From contig NC_043003.1 in assembly GCF_006345805.1 (NCBI RefSeq), forward strand, positions 55,862,001 to 55,926,000: a stretch of 64,000 bases of DNA, in the 5' to 3' direction. Shown here one piece after another: positions 25,230 through 37,705 of the stretch. The position numbers and the translations under genes are program-made. Positions within the stretch are counted from its first letter, which is position 1. Every line of letters begins with the position of its first letter. The notes under the pieces are model-generated. The model was given only the letters and a program-made list of their open reading frames with translations, did no database searches and was not told the DNA's origin. The DNA is from Octopus sinensis. Lineage: Eukaryota.

Positions 25230-25760
25230 TATATATTATGTCAGGTCACTTTCGAATGCTACTGGTAACATGTAAACCAGCACAATCTGTTGCATGGTCG
25301 GGCCGTTGGCGTCTAAACCAGCAACCCCACCAAGCTTGCTTGGTGAGGAGGTTGTTTACTGGACACCCTGCGGGATGAAAAACAAAACCCGTCAAAGGGT
25401 GGAGGAACTCTTGAGAGTCAACGGCCATCCAATAAATGTGTATTATTTTTTAAGGCTTAAGGCTGTATCATGTGCGGGGACATAGAAATAATCGGACTGA
25501 ATACCCGATCGCGCGGTTAAACTATTGGGAGTGAAGGACTCCTAGCCTTAGTTAGGGCATTCTTCTAGGAGAAGGTAACTCAGGTAACTAGGATGAGTTC
25601 GACATAAAACCTGCGGCTCAGCGGTTACCGATGATGTTGACTTGTTCTTCTTTTCGGATTATGGCTGCTGTTGCTTGGTGAGTAGGATTGACTCAGTGCA
25701 CAGCCTTTCCTCACTTTAAAACAATCTTCTTGCACAGGCATTGCACGATAGCAACATTGT
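25230..25760 (+). mobile_element. Probable 5' UTR fragment of an RTE-clade LINE, GC-rich and structured
   Basis: Contains ctaggagaaggtaactc, resembling RTE 5' UTR motifs (from recall), plus several hairpins. Confidence 0.45.
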
Positions 25761-25904
25761 TCATGATTGTTGATAGTGCTGTGAGTCTCAACTGATTAGC
25801 TGGCTGTAGCCTTAAAAAGCAAATAAAAATCACATTCGATCACAGCACCAATCACAGTTAAGCTTCGTGCACTGGCCATAGTCAATAACGAGGGGGAAGC
25901 CATA

Positions 25905-25940
<36 letters not shown>

Positions 25941-25943
<3 letters not shown>

Positions 25944-26150
25944 TGTGTGCCCCCCCCCAACATCGCTTGACAACCGATGCTGGAGTGTTTACGTCCCCGT
26001 AAGCTAGCGGTTCGGCAAAAGAGACCGATAGACTAAGTACTAGGCTTACAAAGAATAAGTCCTGGGGTCGATTTACTCGACTAAAGGCGGTGCTCCAGCA
26101 TGGCCGTAGTGAAATGACTGAAACAAGTAACAGAGAGTAAAAGATAAAGT
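25941..26150 (+). mobile_element. Family B SINE, 3' half
   Basis: Match to 5140-5328. Confidence 0.85.
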
Positions 26151-26600
26151 AGTAAAAATAGCATATAATTAAGTCTCCAATCGTAATTTGCCTCATTAAG
26201 AGAAAAGAAAGAACGTTTTCCTAAATACAAAACTCGTACCAATAACGGAATGTTATACTCTCTTTAGTAGCGACATTCTAGTACTAGATAGAATGTGTCT
26301 GAATATCAGAGGAGATTCTAACGGTTACAACTCTTTCATCTAGTGAATTACGACTGACCAGAAAATGAAAAAAAAAACCTTTAAGAACCAATACAGAATG
26401 TGCATTCGTATTTGGTTACATGGGACAATGGTAAGCAGGATATATTAGCCTTGCAATGATAAAGAAACATTCATCCTATCCATGGTACACACGCGCACAC
26501 ACACACATGCACACACATATATAAATACATATATGTATACATATATTTATATATACATATATACATACATATATATATACATATATATATACATAGATAC

Positions 26601-26631
<31 letters not shown>

Positions 26632-26674
26632 CATACATAGATACACATATATATATACATACACAGATACATAT

Positions 26675-26720
<46 letters not shown>

Positions 26721-26744
26721 ATATATATATAATGGTTTCTTGTG

Positions 26745-27057
26745 CCATGATAGGTGCCGAGATATCGAAAAGGAGATCTCACGGAGAGTAAGAGCAGGAT
26801 TTAATGACATAAGGGATGAGCTCAAGGGAAGGTTGGAGAGGACCACCCGCGCCAACCTCATCAATAGCACAGTTCTACTTCAATGTTATATGGTAGTGAA
26901 ACATGGGCTACAACAAAGAGAGAAGAACAGAGATTGGTAACGTCTCAACGAGCCATGGAGGGGTCAATGCTTGGAATCTCGTTGAGAGAGCACATCAGTA
27001 GCGAGGTCATCAGAGAGAAGTCCAGCGTGAGGGATTTCATCGTAGAATATACAAGGT
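26745..27057 (+). mobile_element. RTE-clade LINE RT-thumb fragment
   Basis: [13 protein letters not shown]...NSTVL/MLYGSETWATTKREEQRLVTSQRAMEGSMLGISLREHISSEVIREKS; the YGxETW motif is typical of RTE. Confidence 0.85.
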
Positions 27058-28084
27058 AATATATATCATGCACTTTGCAGAAATATTCCGAGCTATGGTC
27101 ACATTGGTACACTTTAAATGTTTTTGATAATTTCTTCTCAATCCTGTAAAATGCTTGTAATATAGTATTACAATTCGAATAACACTGATACCTATTAAAC
27201 CGTTCTCCTTATTTGTCAACCAACGTCTAAAATCATGTTACAATGATGTTCTCCAATTCAACTTTTTACTATCAATTTAGATTTCGGTGTCGTTTCCTTT
27301 GTGTCTTTGACTGGAATTTATAATTAAACTAAAGATGATTTCCCTGCCTTACAACTTTGGTTTATATTAAAAGAAATTCCTCACTAAAATTCAGGTCAAA
27401 TTTTATCCTATCAAGAAGTCGAATGTGGACGTTTTTCTTGCCAAGAACTCGAGCGTCATTGCTTTTTGCCAAGATATCGACTATCAATTTTTTTTCCTCT
27501 GAAAGGATCGACTGTCAACATCTCGACTGTATGCGTTTCTTCTGTGTAGAATTAGACTGTGAAGATTTCTCCTGTTGAAGAATCAACGGTAAATATATTC
27601 ATTGTCAACTTTTCAAGTTTCATTGTTACCACTCTCAAAATTTAGTCTGTCATCATTTCACTGTCGCTTTTTCGATTGTCAAATTTCCATTACCAACCTA
27701 ATCCTTGAGGAGCATTTCAAGGGATGACACTAATTTATTTATTTACTTATTTATTTGTTTTACATTTTACTCATACGTAAGCTTCGATCTAACGAACTTG
27801 TGAGAAAATTTGGACTATATGTGACAATTTCCGACACTTTTCTCGGCTTTAATCTGGATTAATCTTCGTTCACTTTCAAGAGTGAATATAATTTGAGGAA
27901 TAGGTGGTTGCTATTTTCTAAAAGATCAAGGAATCGTGTAGAGACTGACTTGATGGAACCCCCTTAAATACAATGATTGATTAAAGATAAATTTTTTGAG
28001 TTCAACATTACAATACATTGAAACATTTGAAAATTTTCGGTTATTTAAATAAAACGTCTATAATACATGTTTCACATTCTAGTA

Positions 28085-28290
28085 CAGGGCTAGCCTTTTT
28101 GAGTGAGGGGTAAGTCGCTAACATCGACCCTAATGTTCAACTGGTACATATTTTATCGATGTTGACAGGATGAAAGGCAACATCAACCTCAGCAGAATTT
28201 GAACTCAGGTGATAAGAACAGGCAAAGTGGCGTTAAGCATTTTGCTCGGCCTGCTAACAATTCTGACAGATCGCTCCCTTCGAACTACTC
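28085..28290 (-). mobile_element. Family A SINE
   Basis: Reverse complement of the family A consensus. Confidence 0.75.
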
Positions 28291-28304
28291 TAATATTAAG
28301 CACA

Positions 28305-28525
28305 TCAGGCAACGAGCTGGCAGAAACGTTAGCACGACGGGCGAAATGCTTAGCAGTAGTTCGTCTGTCTTTACGTTATGAGTTCAAATTCCGCCTAGGT
28401 CAAATTTGCCTTTCATCCTTTCGGGGTCGATAAATTAAATACCAGGTGCGTACTGCGATCGATGTAATCAACTGGCCCCCTCCCTCAAAATTTCGGGCTT
28501 TGTGCCTAGAGTACAAAGGAATATT
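28305..28525 (+). mobile_element. Family A SINE, divergent partner of 28085-28290
   Basis: gagctggcagaaacgttagcacg head and family A body. Confidence 0.85.
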
Positions 28526-29699
28526 AAGCACATCATAAATTATCTCAACACAACTTATTAATTCTGGTACGGAATATATATATGAGCCAATGCACACTTG
28601 TCATATAGCAAAATCTAAATTACCATATTTACATCTTATTCAATATTTACATCTTATTAAACATAAAACAATAAATAAATAAATATTGAAAGATAGAAAC
28701 AAAATTTATTTTCAAATAGGAAAAAAAAATATTTTCGCTAACCATGCAAGGTTTTTATTAAAATACATCAGTCTTCAAAGAATCAAACGAACTGGAATGT
28801 GTAGATAAGAACGGCAAAATACACCTGTGAAAATACGGATATGTACCTAGCAAACTCTCGGCAACAATCTATGAAAATAGTAATAGCAGTATGAATAAGG
28901 ATATTCTAATTATTGCAATTAGTAAAATTAATAGCTAGTAATACTACTGTTGCTGCTAGTGTAGGTTGTACTACTGCTGGTGGTGATAGTCGTAGTAGTA
29001 GTAGTAGTAGGAGTAAGAGGAGGAGGGAGAGGTGGGGAATGAGGACGAGGAGGATTCTGTAGGGGGCTAACGGGGTTGAGTTTGGCTAAATGGTTATAGC
29101 GACGAAAAACACAATCTTTACATTATTTGTGTTTGATCTTTACGATCTGAGATCAAATCTAGCAGAGATCAAATATTTAAAATTCATCTTTTTCACGTCG
29201 ATAAATAAAGTACAAATATTGAGGCCGGGAATATCGACTGCGGGCCCTTCCCTTCAAAACTGATGCGAGGCAGAAGTTTTAGAGAGCCAGAGGAAGTAAT
29301 TTGATATGTTTCTTCTGCTTCTAAACATTGTATGTTGACATCTCGCCGAAGTCAACTATACCTGTCTCTTCCTAGAATGAAATAAAATATCTCTAAACTA
29401 CGGTCGCTGACGGTATCGACTAAATTCACCCCAAAGAGGTGTGTGCGTGTATGTATGTGTGTGTGTGTGTGTGTGTTGTGTGTGTGTATGCGTACATGCA
29501 TATATGTATATATAACAAAGTAAAATTGGGAGACACCGCACGATTGAAAATATATAGGGAAGAAGATTTGAAAATGCAGCGGTCTTTTAAAGATGTTTAT
29601 TGACTTGACCGGTTTCACCGTTATTAGAAAAAAAGATTTTCAGAATTAAAGTGCAAAGCCTTGTGCAACCTTTGTGGCGTTAAATATTAGTTAACAGAA

Positions 29700-29925
29700 A
29701 GGGCAGAATCGTTGGCAAGTCGGGCGAAATGCTTAGCAGTACTTCGTCTGCCGCTACGTTCTGAGTTCAAATTGGGCCAAGGTCGACTTTGTCTTTCATC
29801 GTTTGGGATTGATTAAATAAGTACTAGTTAAGCACTGGGGTCGATGTAATCGACTTAATACCTTTGTCTCTCCTTGTTTGTCCCCCTCTATGTTTACTGC
29901 CCTGTGGGCAATAAAGAAATAAAAT
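29700..29925 (+). mobile_element. Family A SINE
   Basis: Matches 41422-41655. Confidence 0.85.
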
Positions 29926-30180
29926 ATTAGTTAACATAGATGTATTAAAGTACAGTCATAGAGTCTTTGACAATAAGAAAATGCTACGAAATAGAATCGT
30001 TGAAAATGATAAGAAAATGTTAAGATAGGCTATGTGTTTAAACTGTTTGCATAAAAGTGTTCAAAATAGGCAGTAAAAAAGTTCATAAGAAATCATAATT
30101 GTTTATGAGAATTTTAGAGGAATGACCAACCTTTCTCTACATCTCCTGTCTTGTATATGTGTTTCGAAAGGATATATATA

Positions 30181-30227
<47 letters not shown>

Positions 30228-30361
30228 GAATGGCCTATCATGGCCGTTCCTTGATTGTTGATGTTGAACTTAAAAATGGTCTATGACTATTTAATTTTTT
30301 CCCACTAGGCCGCTGGTGGCAAAAAGAATCCTACAAAATTTTTTTGCCACCCTATATTGAT

Positions 30362-30892
<531 letters not shown>

Positions 30893-31613
30893 CAAGTAAA
30901 CTAGCACGTTGAGAAAATATCTATTAGAGACGAAAGCAGTATTTATACGGTGAAGTAATGTTTATCTCCACCTAACTATGGTTGTACTCTAAGAACAGAC
31001 AATATTACTGTTTTAACCCTAAGTGGACGCCTCCTCCATTTCGTTATCCACGGTTCTTCGCACTCGATGTATATTGCAAACGGGGAAAGAAATGCCACCT
31101 ATTCAAGCTCCGAGATAACCAGACCGCGCGACTATGAGCCCAATTTGTTCAGTGTCACCATCTATCAGGAATCCGAGGACACTGAACAAACAGGGTATTT
31201 TCACACCTTTTTACCATAAGAGAGGTAACTGCAGTGAATTTGCATTTTAGTATTTGAAATGTGTCGCAAACATATTTTAACTAATCTAAAATTTACATAT
31301 GTCTCAACACTGCTTGGCGCTAGCATACGGTTCACATGTGCTTGAGCATGTGTGTGCGCGTAACATGCCACAGGAATCAAAAATGTTTATATATATATAT
31401 ATATATGTTAGCCCGCAAAATATCTTTCTTGAAATATCCTTTCTCGTGACGCTTTATTTATAATATAATTTCACTCAAATTTTGTTTATGATAGAATTCC
31501 AATTTGAGAGAGTTAATTTAATTTCACTCACCCCGCTAACTTTTCAAGGTAAATACATGCCGTTATTATATTTTTAATATAAGTTTATTAAAAATATTTT
31601 AAATATTAAGCTT

Positions 31614-31665
<52 letters not shown>

Positions 31666-32404
31666 TATTATTATCATTTTTGCTGAGAAGATTTACACAT
31701 ATATCAACGTAATACATCTTTATGCCCCTGTTAAACTGAATACATTGGATATCCTGATACTTTCACGTGACGATGATAAACATTATTAAAACTATGATTG
31801 TTCTCTATATAATATTCCACAAACTGAAGCTTATACCAACAAGTCATATGTATTATTTTAATTACGATATCATTTCCCTTCTAATGTTTCGATGTGCAGG
31901 TTTTCATGTATTACAGAAATACTCGCATTCAATCTTTAAATTACCATTTGTTTGTTCTTTATATATAAGAGGAAAGTTAAATCCGATGCCCTTTAACGAA
32001 GCCACGGAGACTAGTTGAAGGGAAAATGGACGAAGGTTATCCTAAAGAGGAAACTTGTCATGATCGCATGCAACCAAGTAGATTCATTAAAGGCCTACGG
32101 GGTGTCATGAAGTTGTCTTAAACCGGGCAATGGATTTAGTCTACCATATGAACTAGTTTGTGAACATGAGTGGATCTTTTCACAATACTACTGTTTCAAT
32201 TCGTACTTTAAATAAATTTTAAGAATTCCAGAATATCAACATAAAAAAAAAATTGGTAAATGAGATACTCTTTCACTTGACTCTCCTCCTTTCGTAATAA
32301 ATTTTTTAGAATTACATAAATTAACTTTTAGACAATCAACTTGCGCAATACATTATGATCAATGAGTCTATTCCTGTATCACTCTACATTAGATATTCTT
32401 TTCT

Positions 32405-32960
32405 TCTCTAGGCACAAGAGAAGGGGGAGGGGGAAATCGATTAGATCGACCCCAGTACGCAACTGGTGCTTAATTTATCGACCCCGAAAGGATAAAAGGC
32501 GTAGGCGGAATTTGAACTCAGAACGTAGACTGACGAAATACTTATTCCTTTACTACCCACAAGGGGTTGAACACAGAGAGGACAAACAAGGACAGACAAA
32601 CGGATGAAGTCGATTGTATCGACCCCAGGGCGTAACTGGTACTTATTTAATCGACCCTGAAAGGATGAAAAGCAAAGTCGACCTCGGCGGAATTTGAACT
32701 CAGAACGTAACGGCAGACGAAATACCTATTTCTTTACTACCCACAAGGGGTTCAACACAGAGGGGACAAACAAGGACAGACAAACAGATTAAGTCGATTA
32801 CATCGACCCCAGTGCGTAACTGGTACTTATTTAATCGACCCCGAAAGGATGAAAGGCAAAGTCCGCCTCGGCGGAATTTGAACTCAGAACGTAACGGCAG
32901 ACGAAATACGGCTTCGCATTTCGCCCGGCGTGCTAACGTCTCTGTCAGCTCGCCGCCTTA
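32405..32960 (-). mobile_element. Family A SINE trimer (one head, three bodies)
   Basis: Minus strand: full head, then the body repeated, with tail-to-body junctions aaata(g/a)gtatttcgtc; period about 185 bp. Confidence 0.9.
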
Positions 32961-33108
32961 ATCTACATTAGATAATATCCGCTATATAAAGAACTGCGTA
33001 CAGTTTTTATTTGTCACATGAAACATAACCATTGGGAGAAAACTAAAAGATGCATATATTGACAAACCTAACGTTATGAAGATAATTCGCCAGTAGGAAT
33101 AATTTATA

Positions 33109-33270
33109 GTCATGCGTGGCTGTGTGGTAAGCAGTTTGCATCCCAACAAAATGTTTACGTGTTCGGTCCCAGTGCGTGACACCTTCTGCAGTAGTTTTCT
33201 ATGATAGCCTCGGAAAGATCAAAGCTTTGCGGTGGGATTTGGTAGACGGAAACTGAAATAATGCAAGACG
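33109..33270 (+). mobile_element. Family B SINE, 5' part
   Basis: gtggctgtgtggtaagcagtttgc head and ggatttggtagacggaaactgaaa. Confidence 0.7.
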
Positions 33271-33389
33271 CCCCTCGCACATACACACACATACATACAT
33301 ACGGATAAACATACTTCTATATGTGTGTATATATGTATATATATATATACGTGTGAGTGTGTGTATGTATGTATATATATATATATATA

Positions 33390-33635
33390 TATATAAAACT
33401 GAGAATGTGTGTGTGTGTGTCTGTCTGTCAGTCTGTGTGTCTCCCTAAAACTTGAGAACTACACAAACAATTTCATTCAAATTTTACACATGCCTTACTT
33501 GGGGTCCATGTAGTTTCATGGGCAAAAAAAAAGTTCAACTTCTTGCCTAGAGCGATCCCCTAGCAATGTGATATCTTCTCCACTATTTCAGTATTTCGTG
33601 TTAAAAGTGAAACAAAAATATTTCTCTATTTTAGG
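33390..33635 (+). mobile_element. Non-autonomous Helitron/DINE-like element
   Basis: tatataaaactgagaatg start, (gtct)n, aacttgagaactacaca core; homologous to 34845-35062. Confidence 0.55.
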
Positions 33636-34189
33636 TCAGATACTTTCACTTTAACAATAAAAATTAGAGATAATAATAACAATTGAATTATATGTAGTAA
33701 ATAATAATTAAAATCAAACTAAAGTATAATATAATCGTAACATAACAAAAGTAAAAATAGCAATTGTTATAAAATTGCATCAATGACTTGAACTTGAATA
33801 AGTGGTTTCACATGAATGGGAATAAATTAAAAATAAAATTAACATGCAGAAATGGAATAGTCCAGATGGACTATTATACATAAAGGACTATAGCGTAAGG
33901 TTTGTTGTTATTATTATTACTGTTTAACTATTGTTATCACGTTTGTTGGTTCCTCGTAAGGGAAACGTTGTTGTGTTGCATTTGTTAAATAATTGTAAAC
34001 TGTAACCCTCCCCATTTGGGAGAAGGAGTTTTGGTTATTGTTTAAAAATTGAATTGTGTCCCTGTTTGGGGAAAATGACAATATTTTCACCGTTTACACG
34101 GAAGCATTTTTGTTAGAATGCCTTCGATAGAAGAAAGTCCAAAAATAAATTTCGCTGCAGCCGTCGGCGGTCGCGAACTAATTAAAATT

Positions 34190-34615
34190 AAAATGGAAGA
34201 AATACAAACCTATTTCGGATTGATCACCGACAAAGACGGTGAATCTAGTATAACACCACCAAACGAAATAAAAAAATAAAATTAAAGAAAAGACTATTAT
34301 CTATAAAGTATACAATGTAGAGAAAAAAAAAGATTTGAACACCTGGAGGAAAGCACTTGGTGCGACTATGAAAGATATCTAACCAGAGGCGGTAAATTCG
34401 CCACAGTAGAAGCAGGTTCGATACAACGGAGCGAGCAAGGGAGTACTCGACTCGAACCTTGCAAAGAGGAAATATTTTATTTTCACCTTTATAACTGGGA
34501 CGTAGGATGTCCCGGATAAAAATTTAAAATGTCCCCCCAGAAGTAGAGCTAGGCTGGATTGTAGTCACACTTCTATCCAAGAGAGAGGACAAGATACAAT
34601 TGATCGAAATTGCAA
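34190..34615 (+). mobile_element. Possible degenerate ORF1 of an L1/Tx1-like LINE
   Basis: MEEIQTY..YLTRGGKFATVE..CPPEVELGWIVVTLL read across stops. Resemblance is from recall only. Confidence 0.3.
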
Positions 34616-34704
34616 GAGACGGGCCTACAATTTCAGTCTGTTATATATTTTGAGTATCGTTATCACGAGCGATATCAAGATATAACTTTGTATATTATGT
34701 GTAG

Positions 34705-34754
<50 letters not shown>

Positions 34755-34802
34755 GATGTACATGTAATATGTACACATATATATATACACATATACAAAT
34801 GC

Positions 34803-35062
34803 ACTAGCACTATGACCCAGCAACGGTGGGTCATAATGCTAGTATCTATATAAAACTGATAATGCATGTTTGTCTGCCTTTATGAATCCTTATAACTTGA
34901 GAACTACACAACCGATTTCATTAGAATTTTACACATGCCTTACTTAGGGTCCAAGGAGTGTCATCGGCACTTCTTGCCTATGGCGAGCCTACAGCAATAT
35001 CATATCTTCTCCACTATTTCAGTATTACGTGTTAAAGTGAAACAAAAGCATATCTCTATTGT
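34803..35062 (+). mobile_element. Helitron-type 3' end (hairpin plus CTAG) abutting the TC start of a second non-autonomous copy
   Basis: gaccca-gcaacgg-tgggtc..ataatgCTAG t a TCtatataaaactg; body homologous to 33447-33630. Confidence 0.55.
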
Positions 35063-35145
35063 ATGTATATGGATGTGTATATATATATATATACATGTAT
35101 ATATATAATAATATCATGTATATATATGCATGTATATATATTATA

Positions 35146-35194
<49 letters not shown>

Positions 35195-35406
35195 GGGACA
35201 CATTTATATGCTGCAATTTTTGCAACTTTTAATAAAGCCTGTCCTTGTATGAAACGATTGTACTATCCATTCTTGTTGCTTCTTTCTCGCTTATAATCAC
35301 CCCACATTACTGTATTGTTAAAACCGTATAGTTTTTTTTGGTGCATCTAAGTTAGGTACCATATTCAAGTAAATTCATTTAAATTAACTTGAATCTTTAT
35401 TGCTTT

Positions 35407-35463
<57 letters not shown>

Positions 35464-35626
35464 TGATTATGTATACATGTATATGTATAGATGTATTTCT
35501 ATAGATATACGGGTAAATGAAAAAATGTACGTCTAGATGTATATATACATGTTCATGTAATATGTACTCATATATATATACACATATATACATGCCTACA
35601 TATATATGCCCATACACACATACACA

Positions 35627-35990
35627 GGTGCAGGTGTGGCTGTGTGGTAACAATCTTGGTTCCAAAACACATGGTCCTCACTTCAGTTCCACTGTGTGGT
35701 AACTTGGCATGTGTTTTCCGCTATAGCCTGAGACCAACCAAAGCCTTGTCAGTGGACTTTGTAGCCAGAAACTGAAAACAATCAATTGTATGTATATGTA
35801 TGTATATATGTAAATCTATGTGTGTGTCTTTGTGTTTCTTCCTCATCACTGCTTCACAACTGGTGTTCGTTTATTTACATCCCCATAAGTTACTGGTTTC
35901 AAAAGAAACTGACAGAATAAGTACCAGGCTTATCGAAATATAAAAAAGCACTATGCAGTGTCTCATATTTTGTTTGCCCACTCAGATATA
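35627..35990 (+). mobile_element. Family B SINE, diverged
   Basis: Head and body match 4991-5328. Confidence 0.75.
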
Positions 35991-36179
35991 TCTATCAATT
36001 TATATTTGTGTGTGTTTGTGTATACATACATATATATTATATGTATATATATATACATATTATATTAAATTAGAGACAAAACCACTATTAGGCAAATCAA
36101 ACAATGAAAAACTTAAGCCAATACATATGATTAATTTATATTATTTAAATATATAACAAAATTATTAAAATTAATATCA

Positions 36180-36243
36180 CACTACGATCGTTTCATGCCT
36201 GCTAACATCTTCAAATGTTTGAGTCGCAGTCATTCATCAGGTG
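36180..36243 (-). ncRNA. Type I hammerhead ribozyme motif
   Basis: Minus strand CAC-CTGATGA-ATGACTGC[23 nt]GCAGGCAT-GAAAC GATC GTA-GTG. Stem II 7/8 bp, palindromic stem III, stem I only 3 bp. Confidence 0.65.
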
Positions 36244-36294
36244 GTTTAAATATTTTTCTTGGCGAGGTTTAAACTATGAACTAAAATTTTATAT

Positions 36295-37366
36295 ATGAAA
36301 GAATGGAGTTGAACGAGGATTTAACAAAATTCCTTTATTCTCGACATATGATTGGAAATCCTCTGGGATAATTTAAAAGTAGTCGCCCCAATATAGAAGA
36401 AGACACCTTATTCAACTTTCCGAGATAAGAGAAAACAACAAAGTACAGGACTAAGTAAATGAGTTTGGCGTCTTAAGGACAGCAATATGACTTTCAAGCT
36501 GGAATGGTCCATATTGTCTGTATCCTTTCCGTTTGATAAGGGCAGAAAATTTTGTGGCGTCTGTAATTCCGAGCTTTTCCATATACTTTTCGCCAAATTC
36601 CCTTTGGTAAACACAATGGGAGAAAAATCCTATAGGTACATACACTGGCAGAAACACACTTTCCACTCATATGAATGATGATTAATATAGATAAACTCCT
36701 TGAATTTAATAATTTGGTTCCACTTCTACAACACCACCATAGACAAATTTTTATACTCCGTTTCATGAAGGACTACTACCAAATTCGTTGGGGTATGTTT
36801 TACCTTTGTCTCTCTACCTCTCCCCCCTCTCTCCCTCTCTCTATCATAAGTACAGACACAAACCTGTCACTTCACCACTATTATTTGGCATTTGCCCCTC
36901 CCCCCCCACACACACAATCACGCACACACATACACACACATAGACACGAATGCAGTTATATACATACACACACATAGGCACTCAATCTCACTAGCAAAAG
37001 CAAACAACAACACATCACCATACATACGACTTTCACCCTGTCACTTTCCTATTCTTAGATCTTTCCCCTTCCAACCTTTTTTGAACTCTTGAACTTTTTA
37101 GAATCTTCTCCATTCAACCAATTTTGACGTCACTGCTTATAACGGAATATTTTAAAGAAACATTCATTATCACTATGGACTCCGTGTGGGCAGTCATCTA
37201 AAAGTTTTTGTTCGTCATGATGCTGACATAAGTTCCTTGTCTTTCCTGATGAGAAGGCGGCATAATGCACCCTTTATTCCTTCGGAATTAGGAATATGCA
37301 GTCTTCGAAACATATGTCGAGAATAAAGGAATTTTGTTAAATCGTCGTTCAACTCCATTCTTTCAT
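36295..37366 (+). mobile_element. Penelope-like element 3' remnant with an inverted terminal segment
   Basis: WRLKDSNMTFKLEWSIL..PFDKGRKFCGVCNSELFHILF..LVN (GIY-YIG tail, 36464-36678); hammerhead at 37242-37322; 36295-36350 is the reverse complement of 37311-37366 (55/56). Confidence 0.8.
37242..37322 (+). ncRNA. Type I hammerhead ribozyme motif with extended stem II
   Basis: TTTC-CTGATGA-GAAGGC[42 nt, with GCATA/TATGC and ATTCCT/AGGAAT inner stems]GTCTTC-GAAAC ATAT GTC-GAGA. Confidence 0.8.
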
Positions 37367-37517
37367 TTATTTATATATAAAAAAAACAGAAATTTCCACA
37401 CGAAAGCACGTGATATCTGCCCTTGGCATGTAGCTTCAAGCGGGTTTTCTAATGTGAATTTGCTACCGGGTATCGGTTAACCGAATTATCCATACTAGGA
37501 TAATTCATTCAACTACT

Positions 37518-37554
<37 letters not shown>

Positions 37555-37581
37555 ATATATATATATATATATTATATATAC

Positions 37582-37624
37582 ATATATGGATTTCGTGGAC
37601 AGGAACTGAAACAAATCAATCGTA
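37582..37624 (+). repeat. 43-bp direct repeat (putative TSD), left
   Basis: 42/43 identical to 38278-38320. Confidence 0.9.
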
Positions 37625-37625
37625 A

Positions 37626-37661
<36 letters not shown>

Positions 37662-37705
37662 ATATATATATATATATATAATATATATATATATATAATA
37701 TATGT

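Noticed and set aside
29603-29647. Hammerhead as an intact RNA gene
   Set aside because: The core (CTGAAAA) and stem II are degraded; it is kept only as a decayed example.
32405-32960. CRISPR-like or regularly spaced repeat array
   Set aside because: The units are SINE bodies without unique spacers, in a eukaryotic context with no cas genes.
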